Position numbers and translations under genes: made by a program. A stretch of DNA of 64,000 nt. Origin: Candidatus Latescibacterota bacterium (GTDB taxonomy: Bacteria > Latescibacterota > UBA2968 > UBA8231). The notes below the pieces were generated by a model. The model made no database searches, was not told the DNA's origin, and worked only from the letters and a program-made list of their open reading frames with translations. Below are positions 38,794-45,895 of the stretch, in pieces; position 1 is the first letter of the stretch; every line of letters begins with the position of its first letter. The stretch spans positions 4,832,001 through 4,896,000 of the forward strand of contig OZ242005.1 in assembly GCA_965204725.1 (NCBI GenBank). Reading direction: 5' to 3'.

Positions 38794-41700
38794 ATGAACC
38801 ATAAGCAGGTATTTGATCACATCCTCGGGCGGCACTACACGAACTTCGACGGGCTGGCCGGGATGCACGTGGAAGACATCTACCAAGACCGCCGCGGCCT
38901 GCTCTGGATCGCCACGGCCGACGGCGGCGTGGGCCGGTTCGACGGAGCGAATTTCGACATCTTTAGCCTCTCGAGAGGGGTTCCCCATATCACGGTAATG
39001 ACGATTGCTGAGGACCCAGACGGGCGAATGCTCTTCGGCACTCTCGGCGGCGGGCTAGCCGTATATGACGGGCAGGGGTTTCAGGTGCATACCACCGAGC
39101 ACGGGCTGCCGTCCAATGAGATCATGAGCCTGCAACCCCAAGCCGATGGCTCAATGCGGATGCTGACCGGCGCGGGGATAGGCCGGTTCGTCGATGGCCA
39201 GTGCGTAGAGTGCGTGACAGAAATTGCGGGGCAGCCGCTAGGCCCGGTGTACGACATGGCGACCGACGCGGCCGGTACGACGTGGTTGGCGACGCGGGAG
39301 CGCGGGGTTCTCAGCCTAGAGGGCCAGCCCCTGAGTGGGGACTTAGGCACGGGAAGCGGCGCGATGCAGTGGCCGTGGAAATTCGCCCAAGGCCCCTCCG
39401 GCCCTCTGTGGATCGCCTTTCGCTACACCGGTCGCAAACCCATTATCGGCTGCTATGATCCAGCGAGCAACCAGCTCGAACTCGTCGAGGTGGATGACCC
39501 AGCCGAGGAAGCCGAGATCGTCTGGCACGGTACGCGGCACGTGCGCGTCGATGATAGAGGCTTGCTGTGGATGACCTGCCGGGGCGTCTTGGTGTACGAC
39601 GGACGGGCTTGGCATCCATTCGCCACCGAGTTGCCGGATAGCCATTTTTCGGCGACGCGACTGACGTATGAAGACCGCGAGGGGAACATCTGGTTGGGGC
39701 TGTGGGGCGGCGGGCTGGTTTTTTGCGATCCGGTCAGCGTCCAGCTATACACCCAAGCCGATGGCCTGCCCGACAGCGAGGTCCAGTGTCTGAGCGAAGA
39801 CCGCGAAGGTCGGCTGTGGATCGGTACGATGGGGGGCTTGGCCTGCCGCCAAGACGACCGGATTCGCCCGGTAGATCCAAGGCGGGAGGTCTCAACGCTG
39901 GTGATTGACCAACAGGGGCAAGTCTGGAGCACAGGACCTGAGGGAGACATATTCAAGGCGACGGGTGGAGAGGCCGAGGCGATTGAGGGGGCCGAGACGA
40001 CCCTCACGGAAGGAATCGCGGGGCTGTGGGAAGACCAAGCAGGACGCCTAAACGTCTGCACTTCCGAGGGGCGATTGGGGCGGATCGAACAAGGTCGCTT
40101 TACGCCACTTGCGGAGCGGTTTCCCCGCGGTTGCACGGTCGTGTTACAGGATGGAGCAGGGACCCTCTGGGTCGGCCTCAGTAGGAAAGAGTCCGCGCTA
40201 TGCTATTATGAGGATGGTCGTTTCCACACGCCGACGGTGGCCGGCGTGAAAGACATCGGGAGTGTGAGTGCTTTGTGCGAGCACCAAGGCGCACTCTGGA
40301 TCGGGACGGAAAACTATGGCCTGTTCGCCTTGGACTACGCTTCCGAGGAGATCCGCCGGTTTACGGTGGATCAGGGGGGGCTGTCGGTCAATGGGATCTC
40401 GGCTCTGATGAGCGATCCGCAAGGCGATCTGTGGATTGGGACCAGCGGTGGGGGCGTCCTGAAGTACGACGGCCGGACCTTCCATACCATTCGGCTGGGA
40501 CAGGGCGCGTTGGAAAACATCGTCGAGGCCATTGTGCGCGACAGCCGGGGCCGGCTGTGGTTTGGGACGCGCAGGGGTCTCATTGCGTATCGGCCCGGGG
40601 AGACGCCGCCGCGCATCCTAATCCGCCAAGTCGTGGCCGGCCGAACTTGGGACGACCCCCAAGCCGTGTCCTGCCCAGACAGCACCCCCGAGATTCAGTT
40701 TCACTTCCAAGGCATCAGTTTCAGGAGTGGGGCCGGGCAGATGCGCTACAGCCACCGGCTCGTCGGCCCCGGCCGGGCCGAAGAGTGGAGCGCGTTCACG
40801 CCCGCCAATAAGGCGACGTACCGAGACGTGCCGGCCGGCCAGTTCCACTTTGAGGTGCGGACCACCGATCGGGATGGCTTGCTATCGGACATCGCCCGCC
40901 TAGAGGTTCGAGTGACCCCCTCTCCCCAGCGGCACATAGAGCACATGCTGCGGGCCTCGCATCAGGGTTTTATCAGCCAAAGTCCGGCCATGGCCGAGGT
41001 TCTCGAACGGGTCGACTCAATGGCCGAGGCGGACCTGCCGGTGCTGGTGCTGGGCGAGACCGGGGTTGGCAAGGGGGTGTTGGCGCGGCTTATCCACGAC
41101 CTTAGTCCGCGCCGAGCGAAACCCTTTATAGCGGTCAATTCCGGGGGCTTGTCCACCGGGGTGATACACAGCGAACTGTTTGGCCACGAAAAGGGGTCCT
41201 TTACCGACGCGCATGCCCAAAGAATCGGCTATTTTGAACGGGCTGATGGCGGCACCTTGTTCCTCGACGAGATAGGCGATTTGTCCGTAGAGTCCCAACA
41301 GCTCTTGCTCCACATCTTAGAGGATAAGAACCTGATGCGCCTCGGCGGCGGAAAGCCGATCCCGATAGATGTGCGGATTGTTGCTGCGACCAACAAGGAC
41401 CTCGAAGAGGCCATTCAGGCGGGCGTGTTCCGGGATGATCTGCTCTATCGGCTGAGGACATTATCAGTATTAGTACCGCCGCTGCGGGAGCGTCGGGAGG
41501 ATATCCCGCTCTTGGCGGCGTATTTTGCGAACCAGTGTGCCCAAACCCTAAAGCGGCCGGTGCCGACCTTAAGCGACGAAGTACTCGCGCACTTGCAGGA
41601 ATATCCTTGGCCGGGGAATGTGCGCGAATTGGCGCATCTGATACAGCAGGCGGTGGTGCTGGGCAAAGGGGATGTCATGCGGATAGAGGATGTACCGCTG

Positions 41701-41949
41701 ATGGCGGCCCCACCTGTTGAACAAGGCTCCGACGAGGGCACTGACGATGACGCCAAAAAGTGGGGATTCTTCGACGAGGATGCTAGAAATGAAGCCGAAA
41801 AGCAGCGAATTCTGAAGGCTCTCCAAACCACGAACTGGCGGGTCTCTGGCCCGCGGGGGGCGGCTCAGTTGTTGGAGATAAGCCCGGAGAAGCTGCGCTA
41901 TCGCATGCGTAAGTACGGGTTGAAACGGCCCGGGAAGGCGTCGCAGTAA
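38794..41949 (+). CDS. Sigma54-dependent enhancer-binding protein with N-terminal Reg_prop beta-propeller and Y_Y_Y domains
   Basis: Repeats EDREGRLWIGT / DSRGRLWFGT / DGLP; Y_Y_Y-like YSHRLVG...YRDVPAGQFHFEV; AAA+ GETGVGK, ELFGHEKGSFTDA, LFLDEIG, FRDDLLYRL, WPGNVREL; C-terminal Fis HTH AAQLLEISPEKLRYRMRKYGL. Confidence 0.92.
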   Translation: MNHKQVFDHILGRHYTNFDGLAGMHVEDIYQDRRGLLWIATADGGVGRFDGANFDIFSLSRGVPHITVMTIAEDPDGRMLFGTLGGGLAVYDGQGFQVHTTEHGLPSNEIMSLQPQADGSMRMLTGAGIGRFVDGQCVECVTEIAGQPLGPVYDMATDAAGTTWLATRERGVLSLEGQPLSGDLGTGSGAMQWPWKFAQGPSGPLWIAFRYTGRKPIIGCYDPASNQLELVEVDDPAEEAEIVWHGTRHVRVDDRGLLWMTCRGVLVYDGRAWHPFATELPDSHFSATRLTYEDREGNIWLGLWGGGLVFCDPVSVQLYTQADGLPDSEVQCLSEDREGRLWIGTMGGLACRQDDRIRPVDPRREVSTLVIDQQGQVWSTGPEGDIFKATGGEAEAIEGAETTLTEGIAGLWEDQAGRLNVCTSEGRLGRIEQGRFTPLAERFPRGCTVVLQDGAGTLWVGLSRKESALCYYEDGRFHTPTVAGVKDIGSVSALCEHQGALWIGTENYGLFALDYASEEIRRFTVDQGGLSVNGISALMSDPQGDLWIGTSGGGVLKYDGRTFHTIRLGQGALENIVEAIVRDSRGRLWFGTRRGLIAYRPGETPPRILIRQVVAGRTWDDPQAVSCPDSTPEIQFHFQGISFRSGAGQMRYSHRLVGPGRAEEWSAFTPANKATYRDVPAGQFHFEVRTTDRDGLLSDIARLEVRVTPSPQRHIEHMLRASHQGFISQSPAMAEVLERVDSMAEADLPVLVLGETGVGKGVLARLIHDLSPRRAKPFIAVNSGGLSTGVIHSELFGHEKGSFTDAHAQRIGYFERADGGTLFLDEIGDLSVESQQLLLHILEDKNLMRLGGGKPIPIDVRIVAATNKDLEEAIQAGVFRDDLLYRLRTLSVLVPPLRERREDIPLLAAYFANQCAQTLKRPVPTLSDEVLAHLQEYPWPGNVRELAHLIQQAVVLGKGDVMRIEDVPLMAAPPVEQGSDEGTDDDAKKWGFFDEDARNEAEKQRILKALQTTNWRVSGPRGAAQLLEISPEKLRYRMRKYGLKRPGKASQ

Positions 41950-41956
41950 GGCTGGC

Positions 41957-41987
41957 TTCCCGCCCCGTGTCGGGGCACGGGGGGACG
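41957..41987. repeat. REP-like element core (inverted copy)
   Basis: Reverse complement CGTCCCCCCGTGCCCCGACACGGGGCGGGAA matches the core of the 7643-7729 element. Confidence 0.65.
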
Positions 41988-42070
41988 GTCTGGCTCGGGA
42001 AGGACGGAGACCGGCTCTACGGCTTGTTCAACACGCCCCAATTTTCAGATCGCTTCTTAGAGGACGCTGT

Positions 42071-42140
42071 AAAAAGTTGTGCAAAAGTTGTGCAAAATCT
42101 GTTCACTTGCACAAGTTTTGCACAAGTTTTGCACAAAAAA
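42071..42140 (+). promoter_or_regulatory. Putative upstream activator sequence: phased TTGTGCAA/TTGCACAA boxes
   Basis: TTGTGCAA at 42077 and 42088 (degenerate at 42099); inverted TTGCACAA at 42107, 42118, 42129; 11-bp period; about 130-190 bp upstream of the sigma54 promoter; conserved in the copy at 55361-55430. Confidence 0.7.
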
Positions 42141-42217
42141 GTCGCAAATCAACTTGCGATGACGCCTCATGCTGGCCTCGTTGAGATTTTTTTTTGCTAT
42201 CCAACGTCTTGTTTTTC

Positions 42218-42248
42218 AATCCTTTAGGTATTCCTAAAGGATTTTTTT
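42218..42248 (+). terminator. Hairpin with T-tract (terminator-like or operator)
   Basis: AATCCTTTAGG-TATT-CCTAAAGGATT followed by Ts; arms conserved and loop changed (GAAT) in the copy at 55508-55533. Confidence 0.5.
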
Positions 42249-42266
42249 GTGCCGGACCGGCATCTT

Positions 42267-42282
42267 TGGCACGAAATTTGCA
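42267..42282 (+). promoter_or_regulatory. Sigma54 (-24/-12) promoter
   Basis: TGGCACGAAATTTGCA matches the TGGCACGNNNNTTGCW consensus; downstream of a sigma54 activator gene. Confidence 0.88.
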
Positions 42283-42327
42283 ATAGTCTTTACAAGCGCA
42301 TTTCATCTACCATGAGGCGTAACGGAT

Positions 42328-43473
42328 ATGGAAGCCCTGCTCAACGATTTTGGCCGCGTGTTTTTGCTGGAGTTGGTTATGGCCTGCGCCATTACCATCT
42401 GCGGTTGCTATACAACCTATACCGATATTCACTTCCGCCATATCCCCCATTGGGCTAGTTGGGGACTGCTGGCCGTAGGTTTAATAGGCCAAGGTCTATT
42501 TTGGATTTGGGGTGCGGTCGAACTGGACCAAGCAGGCATCGTCTTGTTGGTCGGTTTTGTTGTTGGTTACGTACTCTATATCTACGGATTTTGGGCACCC
42601 GGCGACGCCAAGTTGTTTTGGGCTTTTGTCTTGGTGCTGCCGCCGACGTTCTTCCCCTCCACTTCCCTCTCCTCCTTTGACGCGCCGATTTGGGCGCTCC
42701 TGCTCAACGCCTTAGTGCTCACCTGTTTTGTCTTGCTGGCGCTGTGGGCGGTTTTGCGTCGGGGGCGGTCGGCGGAAGTCGAGGGGGATTGGGGGCCATC
42801 GCAATGGCTGTATCTAGGCTTGGAGTTGGCCGGCCTGATAGGGCTCGTGCTGGGGTTTGGCTCCTTCCTGCTGGCCGAGACGATGACCTTTGTAGAGGTC
42901 GTGGTCGCCATCTTGGTGCTCTATCTGCTCGTTGACCACTTCGTCCCCCAGAGTTACCGGCTGACCTTGGCCCTGCCCGGTCTTATCCTCGGCGGCTACA
43001 CGGCCCTGCAATCGGGAGAATGGCTGATCTATCTGGTGCTGTGGGTCCTCGCTTGGGGGGTGTTCTCCCTCTATAGCATCATCCGGCATCTAGTCCCTCG
43101 GCACTTCGTACAGGCGATTCCTATTCAGGCGTTGCGCGCCGGCATGGTGCCGCAGGTAGCGATCTACGCGGCGGATACCGGCGGAGCGGCGGAATACCGT
43201 TGTGGCGCAGAGGTTGGGCCGGGGCAAGATGTGCTGTGTTATCCTGGCCGGCCGTTGACCAAGGGGCAGGTGCGGACGTTGCACGAAAAATCGGCGGGCG
43301 GTGCTTTCGCGCCGTTTGGCCATGAGTTGGCAGTGGAACTGGCCGTCCCTTTCGCGCCGATAATCGCCGTCGCTGGGGTGCTGACCCTAGTCTTGGGCGG
43401 CAGTCTAATCAGACCCCTGATACAGTTGTTCTCTCCGTGGCTGCCGTCGCTTCAGCAGTTGTTGGTGGGGTAA
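42328..43473 (+). CDS. A24 prepilin/preflagellin peptidase-like aspartic peptidase (FlaK/PibD-like C-terminal domain)
   Basis: First Asp motif TYTDIHFRHIP, GxGD-type motif WAPGDAKLF, multi-TM, soluble insert followed by VPFAPIIAVAGVLTLVLG as in archaeal-type preflagellin peptidases. Confidence 0.8.
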   Translation: MEALLNDFGRVFLLELVMACAITICGCYTTYTDIHFRHIPHWASWGLLAVGLIGQGLFWIWGAVELDQAGIVLLVGFVVGYVLYIYGFWAPGDAKLFWAFVLVLPPTFFPSTSLSSFDAPIWALLLNALVLTCFVLLALWAVLRRGRSAEVEGDWGPSQWLYLGLELAGLIGLVLGFGSFLLAETMTFVEVVVAILVLYLLVDHFVPQSYRLTLALPGLILGGYTALQSGEWLIYLVLWVLAWGVFSLYSIIRHLVPRHFVQAIPIQALRAGMVPQVAIYAADTGGAAEYRCGAEVGPGQDVLCYPGRPLTKGQVRTLHEKSAGGAFAPFGHELAVELAVPFAPIIAVAGVLTLVLGGSLIRPLIQLFSPWLPSLQQLLVG

Positions 43474-43475
43474 TC

Positions 43476-44093
43476 ATGAACCGAGATAGAAAAGACCCTG
43501 TAACACTGGCCTTTGGCGTCCTGTTGGTCGCCTTGCTGCCAACCTTTTTCCTGTTGGTGAGCCACTACCCGTCGTTAGAGGAGCGCGTGCAACAGTTGAA
43601 GCCTAAGCCCTTGGTGCCCGCGCCTTCACTGGAGGATCTGTTGGCGCAAGTCAGCCAAGCCGTATCCGACAGTACGCTCCAACTCCAACAGGTATGGGCT
43701 GCCGAGCCGGAACCGACTTCTGGCCTAGTGGCCGACTACAAGGTCGTGCGCGGCGGCCTAGCGGTCTATCGGCTGGTTCTATTCCGCCACGACATCGCCT
43801 GTAGCGTGTGCCGGGACGTGTTGGCCGCCGCTCTGTACGATGGCGACTCACTGGTGCAGATCTTTCTGCTCGACGATTGGGAGGTGCGCGGCGAGCGGGT
43901 TGATACCGCACAGTTTTTGCGCCAATTCGCGGGTCGCCCGCTGGCAACCGAACTGGCTCTTGAGGCCAATGTCGATGGGATCAGCGGGGCCACGTTTTCA
44001 ACCGGGGGCCTCGTCGAACAGCTCAACACGGCGGCGGCGTGGGTGCGGGCGCATCCGCTGGAGCCGCCGGCAAGCGAGGGAGAAAACCTGTGA
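43476..44093 (+). CDS. Membrane-anchored FMN-binding protein with CxxC
   Basis: N-terminal TM, CSVC, FLRQFAG...VDGISGATFST (FMN_bind flavinylation motif). Confidence 0.8.
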   Translation: MNRDRKDPVTLAFGVLLVALLPTFFLLVSHYPSLEERVQQLKPKPLVPAPSLEDLLAQVSQAVSDSTLQLQQVWAAEPEPTSGLVADYKVVRGGLAVYRLVLFRHDIACSVCRDVLAAALYDGDSLVQIFLLDDWEVRGERVDTAQFLRQFAGRPLATELALEANVDGISGATFSTGGLVEQLNTAAAWVRAHPLEPPASEGENL

Positions 44094-44629
44094 ACGCTCT
44101 CAGACCCAATCGCTGGGCTACGACCTTGATCGTGGCTACGGGCCTCCTGTTGGGAGCCTGTGTATTCCTAGCGGCCAAGATCGTCAATCCTCCGCCGATT
44201 GATCGGCTCGATGTGGCGTTTTGGGATTTGCTGGGTACGCAAGCGGCTATCCTCGAATTAGAGAGCCTGACGGGCACAGACAAGGTTTCCAACGCGCAGT
44301 TTGCGGGCGAGCCCTATCTGCTCATTTTCGCCGACCCGACTTGCAGTGCCTGCGAGGCCATTTATCCCCACTTGCTGCGCGCCTCGCAAGTGCAGGGCGT
44401 GAATGTCCTGTTCATTGCCTCGGGCGACCGGCAGGCGATGCAAGACAAAGTGGAGGAACACAGTTTTGCATTCCCGGTCGCCTTTGATTCCCTGTTGACG
44501 GCCAATAAGCCCTTTGAGGTGGGTGCTTTTCCCGCCTCTGTACTGGTGGATGCCGAAGGCAACATTGCCAAAGCCGCTACCGGCGATCAGGGTGCTGTCG
44601 CCGTAATACGCTTGGCTGGTAGTTCCTGA
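44090..44629 (+). CDS. Membrane-anchored TlpA/redoxin-family protein
   Basis: GTGA overlap start, TM anchor, CSAC, FPVAFD, AFPASVLVDAEG. Confidence 0.82.
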   Translation: MNALRPNRWATTLIVATGLLLGACVFLAAKIVNPPPIDRLDVAFWDLLGTQAAILELESLTGTDKVSNAQFAGEPYLLIFADPTCSACEAIYPHLLRASQVQGVNVLFIASGDRQAMQDKVEEHSFAFPVAFDSLLTANKPFEVGAFPASVLVDAEGNIAKAATGDQGAVAVIRLAGSS

Positions 44630-44644
44630 AAGGATGGATGCGCC

Positions 44645-45349
44645 ATGTACGTTGTAACTCTCTTGCGTCGTCCGGTGGTGTGGACGGTGGTGGCCAGCGT
44701 CGCGGTCGTGGTCTTTTTGGCCTTGCGTCCCTCTTCGTCGGCCCTCTCGCCGGTGGTGTGGACCGAGCCCTCGGCTAATCCGCTGGCCGAGGTGCTGCGG
44801 CCGGGGGATACCGCGCCGGACTTCGCGCTGCCGGCGGTACAGGGCGGCACGGTCGCCTTGAGTGCGTTGCGGGGAAAGCCCGCTTTGCTGGCCTTTGTTA
44901 CGGCGGAGTGTCCGTATTGTCAGAAGCTATACAAGCAACTCGAAGCCTTTGAACTGAATGCGGACCAACAACTCGTATTCATCTGCCCAAGCGAGGAGGG
45001 TGCTCGGAAAATCAGCGAGACCTATTCCTTTACGTATCCGGTGTTGATCGACTCGGCTGGGGCGATTTCACAGGCGTACAAAACCCCTGGGGTGCCTGCG
45101 GTGTATCGGGTCGGCCCCGAGGGGAAGATTGTGGATTTGGCGGTGGGATGGCCGACGGCTTGGACGTTTGTTCGGGGTTTTGGCCGCCTCCAGCTTAGCG
45201 AAGGCTCTGAAGGTTATTCGTTTAATGGCTCAATCATCATGCTGGCCCAGAAAGGAGGTGCATCCCGTGCTCGTAGGTTTGATGCTCGTCAGCAACCACA
45301 ACGGTTTGCTGATCCTTTTTCCAATTACTCAAGGAGAATTGCGTTATGA
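44645..45349 (+). CDS. Membrane-anchored TlpA/redoxin-family protein
   Basis: GDTAPDFALP, CPYC, YPVLID, GVPAVYRVGPEGKI. The last ~45 residues run over the repeated intergenic segment and may be read-through. Confidence 0.85.
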   Translation: MYVVTLLRRPVVWTVVASVAVVVFLALRPSSSALSPVVWTEPSANPLAEVLRPGDTAPDFALPAVQGGTVALSALRGKPALLAFVTAECPYCQKLYKQLEAFELNADQQLVFICPSEEGARKISETYSFTYPVLIDSAGAISQAYKTPGVPAVYRVGPEGKIVDLAVGWPTAWTFVRGFGRLQLSEGSEGYSFNGSIIMLAQKGGASRARRFDARQQPQRFADPFSNYSRRIAL

Positions 45350-45687
45350 AATCTCTACTTTTGTTCTTGCAGGCGGTGCTGGTGCTGCCGCTGGTGGCTC
45401 CGCTGGTGGAGTTCGCCACGTCAACCAGCGGGCACGTTGAGCCGCGTGAGGGGTTGGCGCTGGGCTGGCTGGGCAGCGTGGTGGCGGGGCTGGCGGTGGT
45501 GTTCGGCACGGCCGACCAGACCCAGGCCGATTCCTGCTACGGAATCTCGGAGGGAAGCAAGGGATCGTACACAACGTCGGATCCATGCGAGTGGAGGGAC
45601 CATAAACCCTTCAGGTATTGGGTGAATTATTATCGCCACTACGAAGGGGGACCGGGCTGTGTCTATCTGTATTCTGTATGCGTATAG
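45346..45687 (+). CDS. Secreted 4-Cys mini-protein P1 (61-aa leader, 52-aa core)
   Basis: SD AAGGAG; leader ends QTQA; core DSCYGISEGSKGSYTTSDPCEWRDHKPFRYWVNYYRHYEGGPGCVYLYSVCV (C-x16-C-x23-C-x6-C); five paralogs in the window. Confidence 0.8.
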   Translation: MKSLLLFLQAVLVLPLVAPLVEFATSTSGHVEPREGLALGWLGSVVAGLAVVFGTADQTQADSCYGISEGSKGSYTTSDPCEWRDHKPFRYWVNYYRHYEGGPGCVYLYSVCV

Positions 45688-45798
45688 CCCGGTCGCCCAG
45701 TAGCCCCGTCGCTACGGCTCCCGGCTGTATCTATCAGCGTTTTGCATGCGGTCAGGTGAGCTCCTGTGACGTTATACGGTAGTTGCCAAGACGACGCG

Positions 45799-45833
45799 CC
45801 CCTGTGGTACTTTCGGGCCAAGTACCACAGGGG
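45799..45833 (+). other. Conserved 14-bp-stem hairpin between peptide and FG-GAP genes, copy 1
   Basis: CCCCTGTGGTACTT-TCGGGCC-AAGTACCACAGGGG; identical at 48621-48655 and 56218-56252; no U-tract. Confidence 0.75.
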
Positions 45834-45895
45834 TAGGCGTCCTTATGTCGCTCAGAACATCCTAAAACAAATCTATCACGCTTTGGAGGTTCGTT

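Noticed and set aside
42071-42140. CRISPR array or replication iterons
   Set aside because: Units are 11 bp with no spacers, half are inverted, there is no cas or rep gene, and the position fits a sigma54 enhancer.
45249-45440. Overlapping Gly/Ala-rich ORF (…YEISTFVLAGGAGAAAGGSAGG…) behind a strong AGAAAGGAGG SD, resembling a microcin
   Set aside because: It is the shifted frame of the Leu/Val-rich P1 leader, and the frame is not kept in the P2 copy, which stops before the peptide start.
45430-45510. Functional Tat signal or methylamine dehydrogenase small-subunit (MauA)-like protein
   Set aside because: No twin arginine (EPRE/EPRQ), only four Cys per domain, and no MauB/MauE/MauG genes.
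45529-45760. Diversity-generating retroelement (core as VR, shadow module as TR)
   Set aside because: Differences are not confined to adenines, the shadow covers only about 35 nt, and no reverse transcriptase is in the window.
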